Below are positions 8,775-18,524 of a DNA stretch of 64,000 nt, piece by piece (positions within the stretch are counted from its first letter, which is position 1; every line of letters starts with the position of its first letter). Position numbers and translations under genes: made by a program. Source of the DNA: a virus (lineage: Duplodnaviria > Caudoviricetes); the IMG/VR virus record IMGVR_UViG_2654587976_000001, positions 64,871 to 128,870 of that record; one strand, given 5' to 3'. Under the pieces are notes generated by a model. That model ran no database searches, had not been told where the DNA came from, and worked only from the letters and a program-made list of their open reading frames with translations.

Positions 8775-9758
8775 ATGAGTGAAATGTATAATGCTGAATT
8801 GAAGGAAAAGTTTTTAGAGAAATACGAAAGTGAAGCAACAAGAAACCATTATTGGCTAAGGCTAAGGGATTTCTCAGCTACAGAAAAAATACTTCAAAAA
8901 GACATATTTAATTTTTCTTTGGAAGAGCTGCGTACGTTATTTTTCGATTTGGATAGCAAATCTATAGACTCATTAAGAGGAGCACGAGCTGTAATTGGAC
9001 AATACACAACCTGGGCAATGGAAAATGGCTTGGCAAACAGTAACATCAACAAAGTGTATCAGATACAGGATGGTGACTTAAAGCAGTTTATAGATAAAAA
9101 CAAAAAAACACTATTCACTAATAAAGAAGTAGAAGAGTATGTTGATTTTATGATTAATTATCAGGATAAGGCCATGATACAGGCTATTTATGAAGGTATA
9201 GATGGTTATCAGCATTCAGAGTTACTGAATTTAACAGGTGACGATTTACTCGATGATAACAAGGTAAAGCTAGTAGATGATAAACATGGTGTAAGAATAA
9301 TTACTGTAAGCGATAAATGTTATGAGTTACTTAAGCGTGCTAATGACCAAAGAACATATCATCTTAGCAATGGTTCGCCAGATAGTAGCCTTAAAAACAA
9401 ATTTGCCACATTAGTTAAAAGCGAAAATATTTTTAGGCTAAAATATAAGAGCTCTAATCAGAGTATGAAAGCTGACAAATTTTTAGTTCATCGTTCTTTT
9501 AGTCAGTTTCAAAAATTTTTAGAAGAACCCTTCTTTACACCTAAAAATCTTATCAATTCAGGAAAGCTCAACATGGCGTATGCGATATATAAAGAGAAGG
9601 GTGAATTAAAAGTACCTGATTATAAACAAATAACTCGACAATATGGGTTCTTGAATGAAGACGCGGAGTTTAATTCACAAACACTGAGGAAAGTAGTGAA
9701 TATGGAGAACTTAGAAAAATATTGTATCAAGTCTGAAGTAATTGAGACTAATTCTTAA
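8775..9758 (+). CDS. yopR: YopR/MrpR/SroF master repressor (degenerate recombinase fold)
   Basis: [12 protein letters not shown]-terminus; lacks the catalytic R and HxxR; synteny. Confidence 0.88.
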   Translation: MSEMYNAELKEKFLEKYESEATRNHYWLRLRDFSATEKILQKDIFNFSLEELRTLFFDLDSKSIDSLRGARAVIGQYTTWAMENGLANSNINKVYQIQDGDLKQFIDKNKKTLFTNKEVEEYVDFMINYQDKAMIQAIYEGIDGYQHSELLNLTGDDLLDDNKVKLVDDKHGVRIITVSDKCYELLKRANDQRTYHLSNGSPDSSLKNKFATLVKSENIFRLKYKSSNQSMKADKFLVHRSFSQFQKFLEEPFFTPKNLINSGKLNMAYAIYKEKGELKVPDYKQITRQYGFLNEDAEFNSQTLRKVVNMENLEKYCIKSEVIETNS

Positions 9759-9781
9759 TCCCTGTTACAGGGATTAACTTT
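9755..9781 (+). terminator. Terminator after yopR
   Basis: TTAATCCCTG-TTA-CAGGGATTAA perfect hairpin. Confidence 0.7.
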
Positions 9782-9978
9782 ACATAACTTTCAGAGTAAA
9801 AATAAAACAAATGTGAGTTAACTCGTGGTATTTTTAAAAAAATATCAGGATTTTGTTCATATTTTTCAGAATTCGACAAAGTTAGACAGAGACAAATTTG
9901 TACATATGCAGTAAAATAGTTCTATACCCTAAAAAGGGTACAAGGAGGTTCGCTAGGCCAAACTCCCTAGCGATAAAG

Positions 9979-10200
9979 TCAATGTTTGATTTTCCATTCA
10001 TAGAGCTCTTCAATCGAACAGTTAAGGGCAATAGCAATGATTTTCGCTGTTTTTATATTCATAGAAGGTCTAAAGCCGTTTGCATAGTCACTTAATCTTT
10101 GCGTACTAATGCCTGTTCGCTTTGAAAGTTCTCCTAAGGACATTCCTCTACTTTCAAGGAGAATGGATATCAAACATTGTCCGATTTCAACCTCAAGCAT
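9979..10200 (-). CDS. yopS: YopS Xre-family HTH regulator
   Basis: HTH pattern LGELSKRTGISTQRLSDYANG; AGGAGG RBS before MLEVEIG. Confidence 0.85.
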   Translation of the reverse strand: MLEVEIGQCLISILLESRGMSLGELSKRTGISTQRLSDYANGFRPSMNIKTAKIIAIALNCSIEELYEWKIKH

Positions 10201-10277
10201 CGGACAACCTCCTGTTATAGTATTGCTTATCATACTATATCAATTCTTTCCAAGTTTTTAAATGAAAGAAAAAAGAT

Positions 10278-10336
10278 TTGCCACTAACTAGGTAAAAGGT
10301 TATAATTAAGTCAACAAAAAAGGGAACGTAAGTTCG
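10278..10336 (+). promoter_or_regulatory. SigA promoter with LexA (Cheo) box
   Basis: TTGCCA-17-TATAAT; GAAC-GTAA-GTTC at 10324-10335. Confidence 0.8.
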
Positions 10337-10365
10337 GTTAATTACTACCAGAGAGAGGGAAACGT

Positions 10366-10665
10366 ATGTCAGAAAAGGATTATTTCATTCAAGGGGAGCT
10401 GTGCATTCCTTTTTTCGGCAGAATAAAAGCCAAGAATGAAGAGGAAGCACTATTGTTCGCATATCAATCAATTAAAAAGAAATTAAGAAATAAAACAGGG
10501 AAAATGGGGTTTCTTCAAAAAGATCAAGAAAAATATGAGGCACTATTTGATGTAGATATCATGTGTACAGAGGATGCTGAATTAACAACATCTTATGCCG
10601 AAGAGATAGACGATTCGTTTGAAAATGAAGGCTATAAATCTTCACAATTGTTATCATCGAAGTAA
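10366..10665 (+). CDS. Hypothetical protein, probably SOS-induced
   Basis: 99-aa ORF downstream of the LexA box. Confidence 0.7.
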   Translation: MSEKDYFIQGELCIPFFGRIKAKNEEEALLFAYQSIKKKLRNKTGKMGFLQKDQEKYEALFDVDIMCTEDAELTTSYAEEIDDSFENEGYKSSQLLSSK

Positions 10666-10739
10666 AAATACATACACATCTTGTCAGTCATCATGAGACA
10701 TAAAAAATTGGTGACTTTTTAGTCAGACTGGAGCATACA

Positions 10740-10985
10740 ATGGATTTTAATCTTGAAATTGACTTGAAAGACATTATGAGATCAGTTTCCATGAGTGTTG
10801 GTTCTAAGAACATCCAAAGTGGAGAGTACTACATAGACATTATTTTTAAAAACAATGGGGATTGTTTGAGGATTAGAATGGATCATGCTTCAGTTTTAGA
10901 ATTTAGAGACAAAATAAATGAAACTCTTTGGAAACTAGACGGCATGAAGACGTTTATGAAGACAGCAGCTTTACAGTATGAGTAA
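10740..10985 (+). CDS. Hypothetical protein
   Basis: 81-aa ORF with GGAG RBS. Confidence 0.65.
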   Translation: MDFNLEIDLKDIMRSVSMSVGSKNIQSGEYYIDIIFKNNGDCLRIRMDHASVLEFRDKINETLWKLDGMKTFMKTAALQYE

Positions 10986-11008
10986 AGCTGATTTTTTTGA
11001 AATTTTTA

Positions 11009-11058
11009 AGAGTAAAAATAAAATAATTGTTTACAACATTTGGTTGAGATTATATAAT
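11009..11058 (+). promoter_or_regulatory. SigA promoter with TAAAAATAAAATA element
   Basis: TTTACA 11030-11035, 17 nt, TATAAT 11053-11058. Confidence 0.75.
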
Positions 11059-11093
11059 CGAATTAGAATAAGGAAAGGAGATAGCTTTAATTA

Positions 11094-11318
11094 TTGATTA
11101 ATGAACCAACTAACAATCAAATAAGAAGTATGGTTTTAAGGAAATATGCAAAGCTCTTAGCATCATGTGAAAGATCTTTGCGCAGCATAGAGAACAATGA
11201 AATCAGAATGGCAATAGGAGACCTGGACTTTGTTAAAGACAATTTAGAGGAAATACAATACATACTTCGTGATGTTGTGAATCAGCATGAATATATTAAG
11301 GATAAAAATAAAATGTAA
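11094..11318 (+). CDS. Hypothetical protein
   Basis: 74-aa ORF with RBS. Confidence 0.65.
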   Translation: MINEPTNNQIRSMVLRKYAKLLASCERSLRSIENNEIRMAIGDLDFVKDNLEEIQYILRDVVNQHEYIKDKNKM

Positions 11319-11350
11319 GTTTTATAGAGAATTAAAAAGGAGGAAACGTA

Positions 11351-11767
11351 ATGAAAGAAATTAAAGTTCGGTACGTTTTTCGGCATAAGAAGACCAATGA
11401 AATTGTCTTGCATTATTACACCTTGAGCGAAATTGAATTTTTCGGAGAGACGATCTACACAGATAAAGAAGATTACGAGTTGGTCAGTCGGGATCTGTGC
11501 ACTTGTCTTAAAGACAGCAATGGCAAAAACATATATGCAGGAGATTATATAAAAATTACATACGACACTGCCTTTTCTAAAGAGCCATTCTATATCGGGG
11601 TGGTGAAATATTTGGAAAACGAAGATTACCCAGCTTTTGATTTAAGACCTTGGGTTGATTTAGACATGAATGCTATAAGCTGGTTAAAAAGTGAATCAGA
11701 TCCTACCGTAAAAAAATACGAAGTCATAGGCAATGTGTATCAGAATCCAGAATTGTTAGGAGTGTAG
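11351..11767 (+). CDS. YopX-family protein
   Basis: LKDSNGKNIYAGD and EVIGNVYQNPELL motifs. Confidence 0.85.
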   Translation: MKEIKVRYVFRHKKTNEIVLHYYTLSEIEFFGETIYTDKEDYELVSRDLCTCLKDSNGKNIYAGDYIKITYDTAFSKEPFYIGVVKYLENEDYPAFDLRPWVDLDMNAISWLKSESDPTVKKYEVIGNVYQNPELLGV

Positions 11768-11771
11768 GTGA

Positions 11772-12146
11772 ATGATCACAGCATACAGAGTTTGGGACGG
11801 CGAGCAGATGCATTATTGGGATGATGAGGGGATAAGCCTGAATATTGAAGATGGAAATTGGTATTTATACCGCAAAGGAAAATTCATCACAAGCAATAAA
11901 ACAGCCTGCGCGGCTCTAATGTGGGGCATAGGATCGAAGGATCAGAACGAAAAAATGATCTATGACAAGGATTACATTTTGGATCATAACACTGATACGA
12001 AGTTCGTAGTTAAGTATGACAACAATCAAGCTGGTTTTTATCTTGATATAGGTATCGGAAATGGCAGTGGTGCTTTTATGGTAGGCGATCTTGAAATCAT
12101 CGGCGACGTTTATCGAAGTTCTAAGTTATTGGAGGGCATAGAGTGA
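11772..12146 (+). CDS. YopX-family protein
   Basis: AYRVWDG, KDQNEKMIYDKD and EIIGDVY motifs. Confidence 0.8.
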   Translation: MITAYRVWDGEQMHYWDDEGISLNIEDGNWYLYRKGKFITSNKTACAALMWGIGSKDQNEKMIYDKDYILDHNTDTKFVVKYDNNQAGFYLDIGIGNGSGAFMVGDLEIIGDVYRSSKLLEGIE

Positions 12147-12355
12147 TGGCATTTCATAAAGAAGTGGTTGAGACTATATACAAAACAGTTGTTATTTGCG
12201 ATAAATGCGACAAAGAGAAGGTTTTAAACATAGGGGAGCCGTTATCGTGGGAGGGGCATATGAATGGTGCTTTGTACCACGATTACACATTCACAGAGAA
12301 GGGGAACGGGTTCGAAACTCTATGCCCCGCATGTCAGAAGGAGGGCGCGGAGTGA
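12143..12355 (+). CDS. Zinc-finger-like hypothetical protein
   Basis: CDKC and CPAC motifs. Confidence 0.65.
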   Translation: MMAFHKEVVETIYKTVVICDKCDKEKVLNIGEPLSWEGHMNGALYHDYTFTEKGNGFETLCPACQKEGAE

Positions 12356-12417
12356 GTAAATTCAAAGGGCACACATGTGAACAATAGATCGGTAAAGGTG
12401 ATCGAGGAGGTAATAGA

Positions 12418-12696
12418 ATGACAATCAATTTGAAAGTGAAACAAGAGAAGCGTAAAGGGTTATCAATTAATGATATCCAAGATGGATTTTTCATTTTAAG
12501 AAATGACGATGTTTGGATTGTGAAAATGGATGTTACAAATAGAAATAAGATACATTTAATCGATTTAGAGACGTTCCATGTTAAAACTGTATCAACAAAG
12601 AACGAGTTGAAAAGTTTGTTTGAAAATTGGAACCGAATCAAGATATTAAGTCCGAAACAGGTGAATTTAAATATCGGGTTCCAATGGAAAGAGTAA
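12418..12696 (+). CDS. Hypothetical phage protein
   Basis: 92-aa ORF with GAGGAGG RBS. Confidence 0.7.
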   Translation: MTINLKVKQEKRKGLSINDIQDGFFILRNDDVWIVKMDVTNRNKIHLIDLETFHVKTVSTKNELKSLFENWNRIKILSPKQVNLNIGFQWKE

Positions 12697-12709
12697 AGGA
12701 GGAGGCTGA

Positions 12710-13060
12710 GTGATGGACAAAATAGATAACAACGAATTGAAATTCCGAATGATTACTACGGATGGAAAATCATTTCCGGTTAATTCTGCACCTATTGAAG
12801 GCTGGCAAAATGATATTTGGAAGACGTTTGATGAACAGAAACGGGTTTTCGATGCAGAGACCAAAAAGGCACTTGCACACTGCGGAGTGCCTTTGTGAGA
12901 AGCAATTAGACGGGCTATATTAGCCAAAGATAAGGACGACAACACTGTTCTGACAATAGACAAACGACCGGTTTTAATTTTGTATAAACCTGAATTTTTA
13001 TATTCGCAAGGAAAAGCAGTACGGAGATTCAAACGACTTTATGAGGAGGATGCAGAGTGA
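12710..13060 (+). pseudogene. Hypothetical gene with an in-frame premature TGA
   Basis: Frame stays open for 53 codons after TGA 12896-12898 and ends in a GTGA overlap with the next start. Confidence 0.6.
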
Positions 13061-13239
13061 GTAGGTTAAATGGATTGATTACAGATAAATACGGTGATGC
13101 ATTGTATAGAAGTGGTTTTTGTATAACCATTGAAGAGAATTCACACTCTAGGATGGTTACGGCAGATTTCACATTGAACAGAAGTCACCTTCCGTTTTTA
13201 AAAGAAATTGTAAAAGACTTGGAGGAAGAAGCGGAGTGA
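13057..13239 (+). CDS. Hypothetical protein
   Basis: 60-aa ORF with GAGGAGG RBS. Confidence 0.6.
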   Translation: MSRLNGLITDKYGDALYRSGFCITIEENSHSRMVTADFTLNRSHLPFLKEIVKDLEEEAE

Positions 13240-13357
13240 TCTGAGGTTACAGTCTAGATAAAAGATGCATTTTAAAGTGTTTCAAGGGGAGTGATGAAAT
13301 TGGAAAAAGAATGATTTGAAAAAAGCACTTGAATACAAATTAACGGGAGGTAAAACG

Positions 13358-13615
13358 ATGAAAATTATTAACGTTTACGGAGACGGAGATTGTGCAGCGT
13401 TGTTTATTGAGGATGAGCATGGGATTGAACGTGCCTATAAAGAAGCGGTTACAAACGGTGGAAAAGTAAGCATTGAAGGGGACGATCATCAACAGGTTTA
13501 CGTTGAGGTTCTGGAATTTGGCGCTGTTGACGAAAAATTTATCGCTTATATTCGAGATAAACAAGATGACGACATGGCTAAGGACAGCAATTTTTTCGTT
13601 ATTGATGAGTCGTAA
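13358..13615 (+). CDS. Hypothetical protein
   Basis: GGGAGG RBS before MKIINVYG. Confidence 0.7.
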   Translation: MKIINVYGDGDCAALFIEDEHGIERAYKEAVTNGGKVSIEGDDHQQVYVEVLEFGAVDEKFIAYIRDKQDDDMAKDSNFFVIDES

Positions 13616-13741
13616 TAAATCCGATAACTAAATCAACTCTGTGTAAAAGTTGCGAAGGAATGCTTGATCACAGTGTTGCGGGCAATGTCCCTTGGAGAGA
13701 GCAGTTTGGATAAAAATAAAAAATAAAAAGGTTGATAGAAT

Positions 13742-13927
13742 GTGCAAAAAATGCTTTGTGCTTGTAAAGATGAATTAACACAACATGATTATTTAGTTGA
13801 TCATAATAGATTTGAAGAAGGGTATCTATGTCTGGATTGCAGTACATTTAAACTCCTAGATGCCAATGGTGAATTTGATGTTTTGAAGCACTATAAACTA
13901 ATGAAGTTCACAGCCAGTGACAATTGA
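13742..13927 (+). CDS. Small Cys-containing hypothetical protein
   Basis: 61-aa ORF. Confidence 0.5.
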   Translation: MQKMLCACKDELTQHDYLVDHNRFEEGYLCLDCSTFKLLDANGEFDVLKHYKLMKFTASDN

Positions 13928-14013
13928 TTACCTACATAAATACATAGACATTGATGAACGTACACAATTAATAAACTTTATAGAAGTAAAATTTTAATGG
14001 AAAGAGGAGCTAT

Positions 14014-14316
14014 ATGAGAAGATATCAAACACAGGAACAAGTTGCATTAAACTTCTTGCTTTCAGAGGCCAAAGAAGAGCTTAGATTATGTGAAGAAAGA
14101 ATCGAGTACCATGCAAAACATAGAGATTATGTTCTCATGAGGATGGAGAAAGAAATTGAAGCAAAGGCAAATGCGAAAATTGAAAAATTATCTTCGTTGC
14201 TTGAGATGGAAAGAGAGTCTTGGGCAAACTTACCTTCTCTTTTACAAATTGGAATAGTGAACACTAAGGGAGAATCTGTAATTCAAGAAGAGCGTTTTTC
14301 TGAAGAAATTGAATGA
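14014..14316 (+). CDS. Hypothetical protein
   Basis: 100-aa ORF with RBS, bracketed by junction palindromes. Confidence 0.7.
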   Translation: MRRYQTQEQVALNFLLSEAKEELRLCEERIEYHAKHRDYVLMRMEKEIEAKANAKIEKLSSLLEMERESWANLPSLLQIGIVNTKGESVIQEERFSEEIE

Positions 14317-14425
14317 AGTTGAATTTTTAAGAAAGGAATGACTTCGGAGTCGGCAGACGTTATTTTAAAATTAAGTGATTTAGGGGGAAACACAAAACTT
14401 TTGAAGTTTAGCAGGAGGCGCAGAG

Positions 14426-14623
14426 ATGAAGATTAGACAAAGGTACGAATGTGGAGCTGATAAAATTGCGATTCAGTATTCCATTGATGAAAAAGGGATG
14501 ATTACCAGTTTTAAAGAAGTAAGTTGGGATTCAAGTACAGAAGCGGGTGAGCTCTTACTTCCGAGAATTGAAGTTACTGACAACTGCTTTAATAAGATAA
14601 TTAACAATCCCAAAATGGTCTAA
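14426..14623 (+). CDS. Hypothetical protein
   Basis: 65-aa ORF with AGGAGG RBS. Confidence 0.6.
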   Translation: MKIRQRYECGADKIAIQYSIDEKGMITSFKEVSWDSSTEAGELLLPRIEVTDNCFNKIINNPKMV

Positions 14624-14657
14624 GACTGGATAAAAAGACTGTTTTAAAGAGAGGGAG

Positions 14658-15056
14658 ATGTTAATGGGAATGTATACAGAATTGGTATGTGCTTTTGAGC
14701 TTATTGAGGAAACATCAAGTCACATTATTGAAACGTTGGAGTTTATGAGTGGTCAACGAGATGAGCAACCAGATGAGTTGCCAGACCATAAGCTATTTGC
14801 TGAAGGAAGCAGATGGAAATGGATGCTTCAATCGGATAGCTATTACTTCGATGGAAAAACTCACAGCGAAATTGTAAACGACACTCTTGTAGGTGGTTGC
14901 TATGTGACAATTAGATGCAATCTAAAAAACTATGATAATGAGATTGAGAATTTTATTGAGTGGATTTCACCATTTATTTACAAAAAAGATGGGAATTACT
15001 TTATTGGCTACAAACGATATGAAGAGGATAAAGAGCCAGAATTAATCTTTGTTTAA
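14658..15056 (+). CDS. Hypothetical SPbeta-like protein
   Basis: 132-aa ORF bracketed by junction palindromes. Confidence 0.75.
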   Translation: MLMGMYTELVCAFELIEETSSHIIETLEFMSGQRDEQPDELPDHKLFAEGSRWKWMLQSDSYYFDGKTHSEIVNDTLVGGCYVTIRCNLKNYDNEIENFIEWISPFIYKKDGNYFIGYKRYEEDKEPELIFV

Positions 15057-15087
15057 AAGGATTATTTCATTGTAAGGAGGAAGGCAC

Positions 15088-15264
15088 ATAGGTTATTTAA
15101 AGCACATAATTGATACAGCTTGGTTTAATTTAGTTTGGTTTAGATGGCATCTTGGAGCGGACATAAGCTTATTTGACGGCTGCGGATGGAATACATATAA
15201 ATATTTAAAGAATAAAAATAAAATAAATGGAGGTTATAAGGGTGATAAAGAGGAATCTGCTTAG
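15088..15264 (+). CDS. 58-aa ORF with apparent ATA start
   Basis: AAGGAGG, 7 nt, ATA; open to TAG at 15264. Confidence 0.45.
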   Translation: MGYLKHIIDTAWFNLVWFRWHLGADISLFDGCGWNTYKYLKNKNKINGGYKGDKEESA

Positions 15265-15457
15265 CAACCACGTTGATGAGATTATTGGTGAATATTACGC
15301 TGCTAAAGGCTATTCAGTTCATAGCATTGAACACCAGGAAAATGGACAACTGATTGTTGTTACGGAACGAGTAGCAGAGGAGAAGGAACCGGCAAAGGTT
15401 GATATCGCATTTGATTTTGTACATAGAAGATCGCACAGAAAGAAGTATTTAGCTTAA
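15227..15457 (+). CDS. Hypothetical protein (YoqN-like)
   Basis: ORF, probable start GTG 15242. Confidence 0.7.
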   Translation: MEVIRVIKRNLLSNHVDEIIGEYYAAKGYSVHSIEHQENGQLIVVTERVAEEKEPAKVDIAFDFVHRRSHRKKYLA

Positions 15458-15473
15458 AAAAGGCAAAGAGGGA

Positions 15474-15890
15474 TTAGCACTCTTTACCGTTAGGTGATTT
15501 CCTTAACCGATTCGCAATGTACTTCATTACGTTTACTGCAATCGACACTAATGCAATAATCAATGCTATTTCAAATAAGAGGACGTATCCAAAATTCACA
15601 TTAAGCTTTTCAAAGTAATCGCTGGTAAAAGAGAGGATTTTATAAATCCCTAGCATAAAAATAATAAAGGAAACTCCTAAAATTACAAGTGACTTTTTAG
15701 AATAATCTTTAGCGTGTTCAAAATTATAAATCATTATTGATACAAATAACAAACCCGTAGCAATCCTGTGGGATAACGAATCATCGGCCGAAAATGATTG
15801 TACTACTATGCTGATGATTAATCCAGTAATACCGATTGTTTTATTCAAGGAATCACCCACTCGTATGTAAGTTAGGTATGAGTTTACCAA
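15474..15890 (-). CDS. Multi-TM membrane protein (YoqO-like)
   Basis: Four hydrophobic segments. Confidence 0.75.
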   Translation of the reverse strand: MVNSYLTYIRVGDSLNKTIGITGLIISIVVQSFSADDSLSHRIATGLLFVSIMIYNFEHAKDYSKKSLVILGVSFIIFMLGIYKILSFTSDYFEKLNVNFGYVLLFEIALIIALVSIAVNVMKYIANRLRKSPNGKEC

Positions 15891-15964
15891 TTAAAGGGGA
15901 TTTTCTCAAGATGATACACATTAAAGTTAAATTAAAATCGTGATTTTAAACAGAATAGGATGCC

Positions 15965-16372
15965 TTGATACATGGGCTTATATGTAACACAGGGAGCATT
16001 CGAGGGGCATACTCGTCATTCAATAATCTTAGAAGGTTTTTATTAAAATCAATTGGAGGTAGTTGGCCACCACATGATAACCAAAAATTCAAGGATGGCT
16101 ATTGGTATTTTGGTAAAGGCTATTCAACAAAAAACCATAAGGGGCTAACAGAGTTTTTCGGTCATTCAGATTGTGATGGAGTAATTACACCTGAAATGTG
16201 TAAAGTTGTTGCAGAGGAATTAGAAGCCATCTTACCCTTTGCAGAAGAGTTGGCAAATGTGGAAATGTCTCATGATTATATGCTACCTAATAGGTACATA
16301 GAGACTGCAAAACAGTTTATCAATGGGTGTAGATTGGCATTTGAGTTGAATGAGCCATTAGAGTTTAGATAA
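15965..16372 (+). CDS. Hypothetical protein, N-terminus possibly frameshifted
   Basis: 135-aa ORF; out-of-frame ATG at 15972 and G4 run at 16004-16007. Confidence 0.6.
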   Translation: MIHGLICNTGSIRGAYSSFNNLRRFLLKSIGGSWPPHDNQKFKDGYWYFGKGYSTKNHKGLTEFFGHSDCDGVITPEMCKVVAEELEAILPFAEELANVEMSHDYMLPNRYIETAKQFINGCRLAFELNEPLEFR

Positions 16373-16453
16373 AAGATAGTTTTCAACTAAACATATAAGG
16401 ATGGATCGTTATCGAAATTATAAGCAAATCTGATAACGATCGCAGAGGGGATG

Positions 16454-16606
16454 TTAATCTCTATAGCGCCTTCTTTCCTCCAAGTCATCGGGATACTCAT
16501 TCTGCTTTGACTTGGACTTGAATACAAACCAAATTACAGCAGCCAGCATGTAATCCATAACTTTATCAAAAGTCCAATTTGTGAAAAGATCCATAAGAAT
16601 TTTCAT
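16454..16606 (-). CDS. 50-aa single-TM protein (not in ORF track)
   Basis: GGAGGTGA RBS; MKILMDLFTNWTFDKVMDYMLAAVIWFVFK...; hairpin 16404-16441 downstream. Confidence 0.7.
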   Translation of the reverse strand: MKILMDLFTNWTFDKVMDYMLAAVIWFVFKSKSKQNEYPDDLEERRRYRD

Positions 16607-16724
16607 TACCTTTCACCTCCCGAGACAAAAATGTCCTATCTCTTTTAGGTGGCATGTGTATGACACGCTCCTATTAATAAAAGAGTGAAAAGTAATATGA
16701 AAATCAAAAAGAATTGAAAAAAAC

Positions 16725-17585
16725 ATGAAGAAAATTGAGGTGGAGCAAATGAGCGAAACTAAGGCAAACACAAATACAAAGATTCACGTATTGGCTGACG
16801 AAAAACTTGGCGGCATCAAGCGCGAATACGTAGAGGTCGATCGCAAGGCGGAGATTGGCGAGAAGATCGTAATTGTTGAGAAAAATGATTTCGAAGGGTA
16901 CGAGAACGGGGATGTTTTTACGGTAGATCGTGATTTCCACTCTAAAATGGATTTCGTGGAAAGTGACGCAGCTGCATCCGACGGTAACTATAGTGGGGCT
17001 ATCTATCACGATGAATATCACGTTCTCGAACCGACCAACATCGTACACATTGACGACGGCCGCTACGAAATGGTCGAACGTGAGGGGGAAGTAGGCGAGA
17101 AGATTATCATTGTTAGGCCTGACGGAGTAATAGGGGACGATTATGATACAGGGAGAGTTGGAACGGTAAAATCACGCCATTCTGCTGGAGACGTAAGCGT
17201 AGAAACTATTGGGTTGGTGTTTGGCGATGAATACCGTGTCCTCGTCCCATTAGGTAAACATAAGAAGACCTTTGAAAATAAAAATAGTGCATACAAAGAA
17301 GTCAAAAACTACATGCATAATGAATTAAGTATTTCAAGACAAGATGTACAAGATATGATTAGCATTGCGGTTTCTAATGAAGTTCAGAAGATGTCTAAGT
17401 CAGGAAAACTGGATAGAATTGCGGGAGAAAAGATTGAATCACTTATTGAAGAAGGTTTTGAAAACGGAGGCCAGCTACTACATGGATTTAAAGAAAGGGT
17501 GTCACAAACAGTTTCCGATGAGGTGGGTAAACGGATTGCAAAAGTATTGAATATTAATGTGGAATTAAAGGAGGAAGGGAATTGA
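16725..17585 (+). CDS. Chimeric hypothetical protein with internal repeat
   Basis: Two GEKIxIV...DEYxVLxP repeats in a GC-richer 5' part; AT-rich 3' part; probable start ATG 16749. Confidence 0.7.
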   Translation: MKKIEVEQMSETKANTNTKIHVLADEKLGGIKREYVEVDRKAEIGEKIVIVEKNDFEGYENGDVFTVDRDFHSKMDFVESDAAASDGNYSGAIYHDEYHVLEPTNIVHIDDGRYEMVEREGEVGEKIIIVRPDGVIGDDYDTGRVGTVKSRHSAGDVSVETIGLVFGDEYRVLVPLGKHKKTFENKNSAYKEVKNYMHNELSISRQDVQDMISIAVSNEVQKMSKSGKLDRIAGEKIESLIEEGFENGGQLLHGFKERVSQTVSDEVGKRIAKVLNINVELKEEGN

Positions 17586-17642
17586 CCAAATTTTCATTTG
17601 GTGTGTAATGGCGAGTCACTAAGGAATTATGTAACGGAGAGA

Positions 17643-18455
17643 TTAGACTCTCCAGGATTCAAAGGAAGGTATGCGGAGTTTACCATGCTTAGTCTTAAAT
17701 CTGTGCTTAACCTTACATAAGATAGGTTCTACAAATACATATTCGTCAGTTTCAGACTTTACATGTTTCATAGAGTGAAACTTGCTTCGTTCCGCATTCG
17801 GCATGAATTCCATAAATCCAGCTGCAGTACCATCAGGATAAGACAGAAGAAATTTTATATCCTCTTTGGTGTAGCCAGTGATAAGCACATCTGTGTAATC
17901 ATAATTAATCACTTTCAGCCAGCTGTGGGAACGTTTATTGATTTCATAAGGGGAGTTAGCTTTCTTTAGTACGATTCCTTCAAGATGCTTTTCTTTGGCC
18001 AGATTGAAGTAAGTTAATCCGTTTCCTTGCAGGCCTTCGATCACAAAGATATTATCGTGGTCAAGGTTTAGGTCTGAAAGCATGCTCTTACGTTCAGTGA
18101 GCGGCTTATTAGCGATTGAATGTCCATCAATATAAACTACATCGAATACACAGTAAACCACCTTATGAGCTGATTTCTTAGACATAAAGCGTTCCATGAC
18201 TGCTTCGAAATCAGGGGCACCGCCTGGGGCAGCTACAATGATTTCACCGTCTAAAACAGTTCCATTGGGTATATTAAGATCCAACAGTTCTGGGAACTTG
18301 CTTGTTACTTCATTGTTGTGACGAGTATAAAGCTTTATCTGATCATTAAACTTGGAGAGGATTAGTCTAATTCCATCAAACTTCAGCTCGGTAATATAAT
18401 CATCGTCATCAAATGGTTCTTTAATTGAATGCAATAACATTGGCGATACAAACAA
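17643..18455 (-). CDS. ligB: ATP-dependent DNA ligase
   Basis: ELKFDGIR, LDGEI and EGIVLK motifs. Confidence 0.95.
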   Translation of the reverse strand: MFVSPMLLHSIKEPFDDDDYITELKFDGIRLILSKFNDQIKLYTRHNNEVTSKFPELLDLNIPNGTVLDGEIIVAAPGGAPDFEAVMERFMSKKSAHKVVYCVFDVVYIDGHSIANKPLTERKSMLSDLNLDHDNIFVIEGLQGNGLTYFNLAKEKHLEGIVLKKANSPYEINKRSHSWLKVINYDYTDVLITGYTKEDIKFLLSYPDGTAAGFMEFMPNAERSKFHSMKHVKSETDEYVFVEPILCKVKHRFKTKHGKLRIPSFESWRV

Positions 18456-18524
18456 AATATCACCTCCTACTTAGAACATAATAGCTAAGCGAAGGTGATA
18501 TATAAAGCAAAATGACTGTGGTAC

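Noticed and set aside
6271-9758. yopP/yopR as the prophage integrase or a separate ICE
   Set aside because: They lie far from the att junction in the conserved sro operon, and YopR lacks catalytic residues
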